64,000 bases of DNA from Amoebidium appalachense (lineage: Eukaryota > Protista > Ichthyosporea): the NCBI GenBank assembly GCA_963693365.1, contig CAVNZM010000001.1:14184418-14248417 (forward strand), in the 5' to 3' direction. Shown here piece by piece: positions 13,416 to 26,330 of this stretch. A program made the position numbers and the translations under genes. Under the pieces are notes generated by a model, which saw only the letters and a program-made list of their open reading frames with translations, was not told the origin of the DNA and ran no database searches. Numbering within the stretch: position 1 is the first letter of the stretch; every line of letters begins with the position of its first letter.

Positions 13416-14022
13416 TGCGTGTGTGCGTGTTTTTGTATGCATACGGGAGGGGTGAATGTGTGTGTGTGTGGTGTGGATTGGTTAGACATTGATGGGTGGG
13501 TGTGTTGACAGGCTTGTAGTAGGGGGAAGGGGCACATGTTTAGGCAAAGGGTGGTAACAAAGGTGATGGAGTTTGTGTGTGTGTCGGGGAATGTTGTGAT
13601 GTGTATGACTGAGTGCTAGGAACCCGATGCAGGGGACCCCGGGGGGGAGGGGAGAGGGGGAGGGGAGAAAATAGAGCCAGAGAAGGGGGGGGGGGGGGGG
13701 AGGGTGGACCAGTAGATGGGGTGGAAGGAGTGGAAGGGGTTCTGATGGGGAGTGGTACGGTGACGAGAGGCTTTTTCGAAGAGGAATTAGGCATGTGGTA
13801 TTTGGTTATTGTGTAAGGATTAGATGGGAGGACTAGCAACAGGGGGTTGAGGGGATGGGAGGAATGGAGAGGTGGGGGGAGGGGGGTGCGTGGGATGGAG
13901 GGGGGAAGGGGAGGAGAGGAGGAATGTATGGATCATAGCTGGGAAAACAAACAAAAAAATAATGATAGACAAATCAAACGGTCATGGTTAAAGTATTCGT
14001 ACAGGGTTGGTAAACGAAAGGT

Positions 14023-14056
<34 letters not shown>

Positions 14057-14160
14057 GGAGGGGGGGGGGGGGGGGGGAGGGGGAAGGGGAGGAGGTGCGG
14101 GTACAGAGATGGGCGGTTGGCTTTGAATATTAGTAATGGTTCGTGTGACGGATGGGTAGT

Positions 14161-14191
<31 letters not shown>

Positions 14192-16134
14192 GGGGAGGGG
14201 GGGAGGGGAGGGGTGAGGGGAAGTGAGCAGTTGAATGGCACAAGACGAGGGGTGGGGTGGGGGGGGTAAGGGGGGGGCTCCAGTGCAAAGGGAATGTGAG
14301 AGGGAGCAGTGGGAGGTGTAGAGGAGTGGGAGGTTGAGGGTGGGCGTGGTGGGGGGGATTGGGGGGGGGGGGGGGGGGGGAAGAGGATACGTTACAGAGT
14401 ATGAGACACACATTGAAGACAAAACAAACCCCAGAATTTGCAAAGCACACAATCAAACTGCATTATAGGCAGAGCCCTTTCCCCAAGAAGGGCATGGGGG
14501 GTGTCCAAGAGAAATTTGGGGATAGGGTGGAGGGTTGAAGGAGGAGGAGAGTGGGGGGAGGGGGGCAAAGGAAGGGGAGGTAAGGAGGAGGGTTTATACT
14601 TTACTGTTGGGACCCATTCGTCCTTGATGGTTCTCAGGGACTCAGAACTCAGGCGGTTGAAGCACAGCAAGACGGCATCAGCCAGGCCTACGGACCTTGC
14701 ATGCCCACGGTTACTGACGGTGAAAAACCGCCTCTTTTCGTCGTTCAGCCATCTCAGCGCCTGTGTGTGTGTGTGGGGGGGGGGGGGGGGGGGGGGGGGG
14801 GTGGGGAGGTGGGGAGGTGTTGAAAGGATAATGGAATTAGTGATACGATACGACAGGAAGGGGAGTTTTGGAATGGGGGGGGGGGGGGGGGAGGGGGGGG
14901 GGAGGGGTGGGGAGGTAGAATGTGTTACAGAGTACGAAGTACCGTACGCATTCACCATCCGATATAAAGAGTATCGGGGGGAGGGAGGGAGGGGGTTTGT
15001 GTGTGGATGTGCTGTTATTATCGGAATAGATATTAGGGCTATGTCTTGTGAGGCTGTGATTAGCCGACACCAGAGAGGGAAAAAAAGGAAAACAAGGAAG
15101 GGAAAAAAAGAAAACAGTGCATCCACCTCAATAGGCGCAGGACTCGATAATCTTTGGGCTATACTACCAAGCAATCAACCAAACAGGTGAGCAGATCCAC
15201 AACTGCTGGTTTGCTTCTGTTTACCTCTTTTTTGCGCTCACAGTGCATGGTTGATGTCTTTTCCTTCGAGATGGGAAACATTTGAAAAATGTGGCAAAAG
15301 TGGGGATTTAGCATGCCCCAAAATGAAGCTAGACAAGCGGAAGTACACTGTCTTTAACGCAGTGAAGCGAAAATCCTATACAGCAATCTGCAACAGCACC
15401 GGCACGCGCGCGCACACGCGCGCACATACACACACACAGACACACCACACACTCACACACATGAATGCGTGCACACATACACGCACACACGCACACACAC
15501 ATGCATGTGTGTGCGCGCACACGCGCGCACACACCCACACGCACACACAGGCACACACACTCAAATAGACGCACACACACACGCACACACAGGCACACAC
15601 ACTCAAATAGACACACACAACACGCACACACACTCAAATAGACGCACACCCACACGCACACACAGGCACACTTACACGCATATAGACGCACACACACACA
15701 GGCATGGTCGCACCGCACACACGCACATGGATATGTGAAAAAAAGAACATCCAATGGATTTTCCTGTAAGGCCCAGCATGCCCACCTATTGACAACGGTG
15801 TTGGACTTTTTTACGTGACTTTGATAAATCGTGCATAACCAAAAAAAAAAAGAATATGCACGCAGAATATTCAAGATAAGGGAGGGGTGGGGTGGGGGTG
15901 GGGTGGTGGTGGTGGTGGTGGTGGTGGTGGTGGCGAGTAGGGGTGGGGGGGGGAGGGGGGGGAAGGGGGGGGGGGGGGAAGGGGGGGAGGAAGTGTTATA
16001 GAGTGCCGTTGAAGCACAAATTGATAACGGACAACACGTAAGGGGGAGAGGGGAGAGAGGGGAGGGATAAGAATGTGTTACAGACTAGAGAAAAAAGTCC
16101 ACACACAAGGAGTGTGTCAAACTGAATATATCTT

Positions 16135-16167
<33 letters not shown>

Positions 16168-16348
16168 AGTCATCAACCGCACCCAAGAGGGGGGAGGGGG
16201 GGGGGGGGAAGTCATCCACAGTACACAGGGGGGTCGGGGGTGGGGGGGTTGGGGGGGACGAGGAGGCTTTTACCTTATGCAGTTCCTCCAACTCTCTGCA
16301 CTCTTCCGGTCTCGAACCAACAAGGGCTATGTTTGCGCAATTCAACAT
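11488..16348 (-). CDS. Atypical Rho-like small-GTPase-fold protein with a long Ser/Pro-rich disordered tail (probable pseudo-GTPase)
   Basis: Exons 16348-16274 (MLNCANIALVGSRPEECRELEELHK|GT), 14760-14600 (ALRW...ADAVLLCFNRLSSESLRTIKDEWVPTVK) and 13252-11488 (DILQARPKVPLILIGYQ...IGALNYIECNV..., then about 500 aa low-complexity tail). Phases are compatible. 'ADAVLLCF...ESL..IK..WVP', 'VPLILIG' and 'IGA..YIEC' are Rho hallmarks. The exon 1 assignment is less certain. Confidence 0.72.
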
Positions 16349-19300
16349 GGTCTGCGGACATGAATCATGAATGGGTGGGGGAATATATCCACATAAAAAA
16401 AGAAAAAAAAATGATAAGCACAGGCCGTGTGGTTAAAAAAAAGCATACAACTTAAACACACTGCATATGTTTTTTTTTGTTCCGTTTCGTTGACCTACCT
16501 TCCTATAGTGAAGATTCGGTGCTTTTGCTAATCCCAATCTGGTATTACGTATTACTTCTGTAGAAATTCACTATGTTCTTCTCCTTACACACAAAAAAAT
16601 GATTCTGCGCCAACCTCGCGCACGTCGATTTTGTGTGATCCACATTAATAGAAGGATGTAAATGGCTGGTAAAATGTGTGCAAACTTTTCAATCACCCCA
16701 GTGGCAGCACAAATGCATGTCCCAACCCGAAAACGCGGGTGGATTCTCGCCAGTGATGGATGAAAAAGGGACGTTAGAAAGGCGGCCGGCCTTTTGCGAC
16801 AAGCTAAATAATCGCAAGGAGGTTCCGTGAATTTTTATGAGCATCCCCGTTGTATTATGTTTTCTCACATGATGCATTTGGAGTAACTTTGGGGGGGAGG
16901 GGGGGGGGGGGAGGGGGGGGGATCTGGAATGCTCCGGAAATTACTTATGGGAGGCAAAAGTCGTGCACGGTAACTTTTGGGCAAGATATGATCCTTACTT
17001 AGACTATTCATTTCATCAATAAATTGTTAATTCAGTGCAGTGCTTTTTGATGTCTCCCTCCGTTAAGATCTCATGTTCTAGAATGATTACAGCCGTAGCT
17101 TATGAAACTATTTGTGGTTAGAGACCAATGCAGATGTCCAATCAACGAGAAATGGTCGTGCTTGGTTGCCGCAAGCCTGGCCTCTTTCGTGTTCGTTCTA
17201 CTTTCTATACCGTATGACTTTTTCTGCTGGTTATCACCAAGAAAACTAACATCGTGGCGGTGCAATGGCAGGCATATGTGAAAAAGCATTTTGTAATGAA
17301 GCCATCAGTTCCAAAAAATAGGACAAAATTCCGCATGCATTCCAAATAACACCAGGGGAGAGCACAAGCTGGTGCATCATTTGATTATTTTGGATAATTT
17401 CATATTTCAGTGCGTGCATCTATGAAGCATCTCTCTGAATCGAAGGTAAATAAAGGCTCATGGATAAATGGCAAAGAACGGAGGTGCTAGCACATCTTAA
17501 GTCCAGAAAGAAACGTCAAATCCATTGAGGACAACGGTGAAGATCCTAAAAAAAAAAAAAGTGGCTTCCTACACTGGTACTCTCACCTTCACGTGCAACT
17601 TGTTTTACGCATCCAAGGAAATTTAGACTCACCTGTGAGCTTGTATCCGTCAGTAACCATGTTGTGTTTCACTGATTCTCGAAGAGCCCATCGGCATACA
17701 GGCACCCAGATTAGGTGTATGCTTGTGCTCATGCAAAGAATATTGGAGGCCGTTTTGGGTGATGGTGGTGGTAGTGTGTTTCTTACGCACGCTACCACAT
17801 AAACTATACCGTTATTTCTAGTGTGAATCTTGTTCAGATTGTAACATATGCTGAATTCTTATGGCAATTCGTTCGCATGCACTCATCCATTACGAATTCA
17901 GATCAAATAAGGAACGAGGTGCTATTATACTCTTAGATTTTTCAAACCTATGCAAGTGTTTCTTTCGTTGGAGACGTTCAGTCCAGCTGAAAGTCTTTCC
18001 TCTGACGAATCTGTGTTTCCAGCTTCTGATGCGAGCGAAAACAAGAAGTTTCAACGTCTGGGATGCTAGATGTCTGGCTAAGATGGCCAGTTAAGATGTC
18101 CTTTTTTCAACTCACACAAGCATGATGGAGATGAGTGAATGTGACAGAAATACGATAATGCGCCTGCACGTATAGGTACGTATGTGCCCGTGTACGCGTG
18201 TGTGTGTGGTGTGTACGTACGTTTACGTGTCACGAATAGGCTCACCGTGTTCGCACGAAAGAGGGAACCCTGGCCGCCAAATACCGTGAACCCGCGATTG
18301 GACCAGTCAATACAAAAGCGGAACAGTGCATTACATGACACGTATCCAATCAAGCAAGTCAGATGAACGTAATTGGTTGCTTTTGGCTCAGATCTGCTGG
18401 ATATTCCAAGATATTCTTACTTAATACACCAATCATAATTAGGTTGCTATTTCACGCGCTTTTATTGGTGCCGAACGCACCGCTTTCCCACTCCAAAAAA
18501 GCTTTTGCCTTGCGGTGATTGGTGCGTTATCCAATATTAGATTGTGGGCCATAATCTCTGGGCGGCAACTTGTAGATTCTCGTTGCATTCTTGTTTGTCA
18601 ACGTTCACGTAACAACGTTTCAGAGCCTCGAGGCTAACAACCCACTCTTGTTATGCTAAATGATCTGGCTTGTGTGCATACTTGAACACTATGTTTCTGT
18701 ATGGCCATGCATCCGTTCATGCTGTTAAGACTAGGGGTAGGTTGTTTGTATCTGTGAATGCACATATGTATACTGTATAGCTGGCTACGCGCATGAAGAA
18801 ACATCCGCACTTCATTTCAGCACCGGTACAACCCCGTCGTGATGGTGCAAGGCCAACCAAACAGATACAAAAATCTAGAGCGACATACAAGCGAACATTA
18901 TATACAATGTGGTTGTGCCGTTACCCATATGCATTTATGAGCTCATTCTCACCTATTCACGTGTGCCCTTGTCGGCCTATTCGGTGGACGGGCAAATAAA
19001 TCCTAACTAGTCGCTGCATGATGACCGAAAAAAAGTCGAAACGTGGGTGCGACTTGATTGTTTACATGGATCTATCGATCTAAAGCTCAGCAGGCTGATA
19101 TGATCACTTCAACCGGGTAGGCCTGCGTGGGCCACCCATCCCCTATTCAACTGTCATTCCATATGCACGGTGGGGCATCCTAGCTACAGCTAGTACTTGG
19201 CGCTGACCACGAATTATGCACAGCACCCTTACTGTACCAACTTGAATGGTGTGCACGTGTGCATGTCACACGTGACCGTACGTGCACGTCCCATGGGCCA

Positions 19301-19361
19301 TGGCGTGCACACACCGCCCCTGGCCGGCACCCCAGCTTAGCGTCGCAATCTTTTGGTTGGT

Positions 19362-19698
19362 ACAGGCCAACATCAGTTCGGGCTTTGTGAAACACTTCAG
19401 GGGAAGGTAGTTACGGCGCTTCGGTGTCGTAATGTTATAACCTCTGTTGCAAAGCAAGGCCTGGACTGAGGAGTAGCAGCACGCAACTTCGGAGAGCTAC
19501 CGCTGTTGTTGCTGGCAGGTTGGACTGTCTAAACGCAGTGCTGTCTGTCACGCAGCCTCATACGGGGTCTACCCAGAAACGTGCTTATGATGTTGGCGAA
19601 ATGGCTTCATCCGACCCGTCTTGAAACACGGACCAAGGAGTCTAACATATACGCGAGTCTTTGGGTTGAAAGCCCGCAGGCGCAATGAAAGTGAAGGT
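19362..19698 (+). rRNA. Isolated ~340-bp 28S (LSU) rRNA fragment, D2 to start of D3 (rRNA pseudogene)
   Basis: Contains the conserved LSU core CGACCCGTCTTGAAACACGGACCAAGGAGTCTAACAT...GCAATGAAAGTGAA, plus D2 motifs GGCCAACATCAGTT and GGACTGAGGA. The flanks are not rDNA. Confidence 0.9.
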
Positions 19699-20908
19699 AC
19701 ACTTCTTTGTTTACATACAAGTAGGTCTGTGCGCCCGCTGCGCGGGCGCCAACTGAAGCTGTAGTCACTTTGAGTGCTGTCTCCCTGCGGCCTATTTTAC
19801 AACATATCTTTTGCCGCAGGCGACAGTCACTAGACAAAGTTTGATCGCGCGTCATCGGATCTGGATCTACAAGCGGTGATTGGTTCAAAATGACGTAGCC
19901 CAGCCAACTAGTAAAAATAAGACATGATCCAGGCTGCCTGGGCTTTTTAACTTAATAGGCTTGAAAATCGATTTAAAATTTTAAGGCATTTCGATTGGTC
20001 ATTGCAGATTGAGCGATCTGATTGGTCATTACAGCCAGAAGGACCCCGCCGGAGACGTCCTGCAGCGTCGTAAGCCGCCCCGGCCCCAGCGGGTACAAAG
20101 CCCTGGACCATGGAGACTATGAAGCTGCGGCGGTCTATTGCATTTGGTCAGCTCACGCGTAGGTCTGGGAACGGAAGCTGCAAAGTCTGATCTGTGCGCC
20201 CGTTGGGCGTTTAATTTATATGGTGTTTACTTTGAAGTCAAAAAAGAAAAGAAAAATTAATAAACGGGGTCAAGGGGGTTCACAACCGGGGTCAAGGCCG
20301 TGCACAAAAATGCATTCCATATGTTGCTTTCCTGTGTTTTGATTCGATTTCACGGTTAGCCCATCAAGAGCCAGCCGGTGATGGGCCCCTCTGAACTGGC
20401 TCCTCAAACGATTGGTAAAGTCTTTTTGGTAAGGATTGGTAAAAAAAGAGGACGCTAAATGGCCAATCATCGCCGGAGTTGGTTTTAAAGTTCTTGCCGA
20501 TTTTGCTCCTTAAATGAGCGTTCCATTGTTGGTTGTAAACTTTATGAACATGCCATCAAATATTTTTGAGCATTGATATATTAATGTGTGTTTCCGGGTT
20601 TTTGCGGGCATTGAAAGTGAGGCTCCCAGCTGGTCAAATTCCGGAATTTGGCTTAAAGGTCGGAGACGTCTTTTAAGGGTAATGTTCCTCATCACCCCGC
20701 TATTGAAGCATGCATGAGCCGTGCGTCATGAAGTCACACAATGTTGATGTTTGTATGTGCAAAGAAATGTAGTGAGTACTAAAGACGTATATGTGGTGAA
20801 CACACAGTGTATCACATCTGTTATCTTGTTAGCGATTGTCAATGAATGTTTTGGCACCACCGCCGTGGCCATGATATCGGGAGGGGGGGGGGGAAGGGGG
20901 GGAGGGGA

Positions 20909-20952
<44 letters not shown>

Positions 20953-21132
20953 GGGGGGGGGGGGGAGGGAGGGCCTTTGGGGGGAATGTGGGCTGGGTAC
21001 TGAGGATGGGGTTCGAAGGGCAGAGAGAAAGAAAGAGAGAGGGGGGTGGTTCTAGAGGGAGGGAGAGGGAGGGAGAGGGAGGGAGGGAGAGGGGGAGGGG
21101 GGAAGGGAGGCGGGGGGCAATTAAGCCTCTAG

Positions 21133-21202
<70 letters not shown>

Positions 21203-21324
21203 AGGGAGAGAGAAGGGAGGGAGGGAGGGAGGGAGAGTGAGGGAGGGAGGGAGAGAAAGGGAGGGAGAGGGAGGGATGGGGAGAGTGAGAGAGAGGGAGG
21301 GAGAGGGAGGGAGGGGGAGGGAGC

Positions 21325-22115
21325 GGCCCAACCATATTGAGGGCCCAGCCACATCACCAGAGTCGACTTGCAGAATCATTCTATTATTCTGCAATCGCAG
21401 AATTGTTCTGCAAAAAGCAGAATTATTCTGCAATAGCAGTATGACTCTGCTTTTAACAGAATTATCCAGCTTCTAGCCGGATTACTCCGCAAAACCAGAA
21501 TCACTCTGCTTTTAGCAGAATTATTCTGCTAAAAGCAGAATGAGAATAATTCCGCAAAAAAGCAGAATTATTCAGCAAAAAAAATAATTCTTCTTTTAGC
21601 AAAAATTCTGCGTTTTACAGAATAATTCTGTTTTTTGCAGAATAATTCTGCTGGGAGCGAGTTGACTCACCCGATGTATGGGCCCTATATTGGCAGAATC
21701 AACTTGCTCCGAGCAGGTTATCCTGCAAAAAGCAGGATTTTTCTGCAAAAGGAGAATTGTTCTCGAAAAGCAGAATTATTGTGCAAATATTCTACTTTGT
21801 GATCATAGTTCTGCTTGTAACAGAATGATTCCCCAAAAGGCAGAATGATTCTGCTCATGTTCGCAGAAATAACTTGCTTCAAACAGAATAATTCTCAAAG
21901 TTTCAGCAGGACTAATTTGCCTTTTGCAGAATACTTCTGCTTTTAGCAGATTAATTCTGCTTTTGGCGAATAGTTTTACTTTGCTGAATAATTCAGCCTT
22001 GTGCAGGTTAATTCTCTATTGCAGAACAATTCTGCCTTTTACAGAATCATGCGGCAAACTTGCATGTTGTAGTGTATTCTGCTCCGCGCACGTTGATTCT
22101 AATGTGGTTGGGCCT
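21325..22115. mobile_element. Outer MITE-like TIR element with arrays of GCAGAATnATTCTGC palindromes
   Basis: With the nested insert removed, the left end GGCCCAACCATATTGGCAGAATCAACTTGCTCCGAGCAG matches the reverse complement of the right end, GGCCCAACCACATTAGAATCAACGTGCGCGGAGCAG. The interior is filled with GCAGAAT/ATTCTGC motifs. Confidence 0.7.
21340..21686. mobile_element. Nested related MITE with AGGGCCC termini and a 6-bp TSD
   Basis: Imperfect TIRs AGGGCCCAGCCACATC..GAGTCGACTTGC and GCGAGTTGACTC..GATGTATGGGCCCT. TSD ATATTG at 21334-21339 and 21687-21692. Confidence 0.75.
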
Positions 22116-22408
22116 TGGGAGAGAGGGGGGCCCACCCTCCCCTGGGAGGGGAAGGGGGAGAGGGGGGGGAAAGGGGGGAGGGGGGAGGGGGGGGAAAAGG
22201 TACCCTGACACGATCGGTTGAACCCCATTATATTTCCTAGGGTTATTTTTCAAGGAAAGAAGAAGAAGACGCAAGCAGCACCCCCTCCCCCCACTCCTCC
22301 GTCTCCCCCTTCCCTTCCCCCTCCCCCCCCCCCCCCCCCCCTTCTTCCCTCCCCCCTTCCCCCCCCCCCCCCCCCATGCATTCACTTTCCTCTCTCGGAA
22401 GGGGAAAA

Positions 22409-22458
<50 letters not shown>

Positions 22459-22644
22459 CTGCCACAACACAAATCCACCACCAACAGGCCCCGCTTCCCT
22501 TCCACTCTTTGTTTAAATTCCTCCCGTTCGACATCACAATTACGTGAGAGAAGAATGAGCCAGATGTAGGGATGTTGAAGGTGATAATAATTGAGTGTGG
22601 GTAGGGTGGATGGTGGGTTGGTGATGGTGGCGGCGGTGGGAAGT

Positions 22645-22708
<64 letters not shown>

Positions 22709-22753
22709 GTGCGTGTGTGCGTGTGTGCGTGTGTGCATGTGCGTGTGTGCGTG

Positions 22754-22846
<93 letters not shown>

Positions 22847-23446
22847 CGCGTGCATGTGTGAGGAGGAGGGGGAGGGGGAGGGATATATACAAGCATAACT
22901 GCAAATTTGGAGGAGAGGGGGGGCGGGGAGGGGGGAGGGTTGCTGTTACTGTATGACTGCAACGTAATGAACGGGATGGCCTCGACACCGGGGACACGAG
23001 TTTGGTTTGTGTTTGTGTGAAGGAAAAAGAAGAAGAGCTCCTGGCTCCGGCCCCCCCTTTTATACTGCCGTTCTTATTGTGACGGGGGGGCTCTACGTTT
23101 CGGGGGGGTTCTTTACATACAGAGTTGCTAGGGGTGGTCGGTAACCTAGTAGACGTCACATGGCTAACCAGCGAGAGAAAGATAGTGTGCGTCCTCGCAC
23201 ATGAGGCTAATGCATGGCTGTATAGTGTGGGTGCGTGCAGCAAGTTGACCTAAGGGTGTGGAGAGCGGCGTTAGGTGTATTTGCTAGGGGCTGGGTAAAC
23301 CTCCAAGCCATACCCCTGACCGCACGTAGGTGGGCTGCAGTGCCTCTGAGGATGTCCTCACGTGGGTACAAAGAAAAGCAGCACAAGCGGATGCAAGCGA
23401 GCAGGACAATACGCAAAAATATATTAAAAAAATAAATAAATAAAAA

Positions 23447-23573
<127 letters not shown>

Positions 23574-24762
23574 TGCGTGGCAGTCTGTGTGTCTGTGTGT
23601 CCGCTCCCCCTCCCACTCTCCTCCCCCATCACCCCCTCCCCCCTTCTCCCTCCCTAGCCCTCTCCCCCTACCCCCCTCCCCCTCTCCCCCCTCCTCCCGT
23701 GCGCGGGTTTTCTGACACTCGAATTTTTCAGAGTTGCATGCATTGTGTTGGGGTAGGTTGCGCCTGGGTGGGGTGGTCGGCAGTTGTCAAGCGCAAAAAA
23801 AAAAAAAAAAAAAAAGAAAGGAAAGTAGTAATGACGTTAATAGCTCATGTGCATGTATGACTTCTCAATTTTCATCAAAAAAAGGAAGTTCATCGATTAT
23901 CTCTGTCAAATTGCAAGCAATATTCCGTTGCATGAAAGTTTTTCAGGCAGAGAAGTTGGGCAAGAGGCTGTGTTTAACAGCGTGTCATCTTCTGGGGCGG
24001 GTGGAGGGTGTGTCCTATCTGTGAGAAGTGTGGAGCTGGGGAGGGGGGGAAGGGGGGTAAACAGAGTTCAGGAGAATTTGTGGGGGGAAAGGGGGGGGGG
24101 GGGGGGGGGGGGGGGGGAGGGAGGCATATTTGCAAACCGTACACGAGTGTGAATGACCCCCCGGGGAAGAGAGGGGGGGGGGGGGGGGGGGGGGGGGGGA
24201 GGGGGGTCGACGGGGATGACCAATCAAAGGAACTCACGGTGAAAAGGACACAATGTCCACCAACAACTTGTTACAACGGAAAACCTATTTATTGCTTTTA
24301 CGCCCACCAGTGATTGGAACTTTAGTTTGAGCATACACTTATGACGAGACTCAGTGCACTAAACTTCTCCTTGGCACCTCCGTGATCCCTCTCCTCCCCC
24401 TCCCCCCCTCCCCCTCCCCTCCCCCTCACCCTCGGGGGCTCTGCCCTTCCACCCTTCTTCACACACATGCCACCACCACCACCACCACAAATGCGATTAT
24501 TACCACTGCATACCCTATAAACAATAGTAACATTTCACTCTGCCTCCATATGCCCCTTAGGTTAGCCCCACCCAGAATCCCCAGGCACATGCATGACTTC
24601 ATGTAACCATGTGCACCCACACGGCTTCGACCCATAACACGGAGCCACACACAGAATGTCACACATATGGACATACACACACACCGCATCAACACACAGA
24701 TACTCAAAGCCACCCACACACATGCACACACACACACACACACACGCACACACACACACACG

Positions 24763-24847
<85 letters not shown>

Positions 24848-25223
24848 ATACGAAAATGCACCAAAATACACCAAACACACACCCTGACATAGACGTCATG
24901 TTGGAATTATCATATTGACACACCGTTTAGCCTACATGGATGCATGGTCGCACGTACGGACACATCGGAGCATGTAAAAACATACAGATCATACGGTGCT
25001 AGCCGTCAGTGACTCTATCACGTACTATAGTGTGTCTATGCGCAACAGATGTCCTATATGCACACTTACACGCACGCAAATAAATGAATCAAACTACATG
25101 GGCGCCGACATAGGCAAGTATCCTCATCTTGTATTTCATCTGCAAGGAATGGATGTATTACCGGCACACAGACACAAATGCCGTACCAATCGATATAGAT
25201 CCAGTTTTAACTACATATATAAC

Positions 25224-25258
<35 letters not shown>

Positions 25259-25283
25259 AGCCAACCACCACCAACACACACAG

Positions 25284-25333
<50 letters not shown>

Positions 25334-25894
25334 AAAAAAAATAAATAAAAAAAAATCCTGTGACTGCTATGGAGTGCTCTGCTCACACGCTTTTTGATTT
25401 CGGATAGGTGGCTCCCTACATACTCTCATCTTTTAATACCACTTCTTTAAAGCCCCCCCCCTCCCCCCTGTCCCCAGAAGCCCTCTTGCTTCGAAACAAA
25501 TGGCTATTTTCTCCACATATGATGTACATCTTGTGGCGTGATGTCAGAGGGAGTTTGGCAACATGAAACTGTCTTGCATTATGTGCACCTTATTTATGTT
25601 GTGGTCCCAACCTATCCCATGTAGAGGGGAGGACAAAGCGAGGGGCCGATAGGAAGAGGCAGCCCGCGGGGGGAGGGGGGGGGGGGGGGGGGGGGTTGAA
25701 TGCGCTATAAAGTACGAAGTACACATAAGCAACATACAACACGATGCAGAGTGCAAACTTTCACATAAAGAGCATGCAATGCTATGCAGAGCCCATCCTC
25801 AGGTGGGGCCCTCATCATCCACAGTACCCGAGTTTCGATCCATTCACCTCTTCAACGTAACCCAACTTAGATATCCGGGTGTGTGTGTGTGTCG

Positions 25895-25945
<51 letters not shown>

Positions 25946-26330
25946 GGGAATAGAATTCGGTATAGAGTACGAGTACACGTACATAGCGGACAAAAGTCAC
26001 TACGGTAATGCAAAGTGCAAACCACACAAAGAGAGAGCAGATCCCAATTTCACGGGGGGCAAGTCATGGGGCGCTTGCTGTTTGACTTGCGTAGGACGTT
26101 TTGTTCCAGTTACCAAGGCAGCCATCAAGTGCAAACAGTGTTTATGTTTCAAATTATATTTCAAAGCGTGCAAATTAAAATTCGTGGCATCGCTACAAGC
26201 GAGATCACCGGTTCACCAGCTTACTCATCAATAGTTACACTAATCAAGCAGTACATACACACTAGCTAGCAGTACCAAAAACACATTACTTACATGTACT
26301 TTGTACTTTCAACCATCCCTATTGGTCGCT

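Noticed and set aside
16950-19300. Non-repetitive stretch that might hide a gene or decayed transposase
   Set aside because: Only short ORFs, no recognisable motifs, and no consistent exon chain found by eye.
21370-22050. Palindromic GCAGAATnATTCTGC array as a CRISPR or operator array
   Set aside because: Spacing is irregular, spacers are short A/T runs, and the array is bounded by TIRs and a TSD, so MITEs explain it better.
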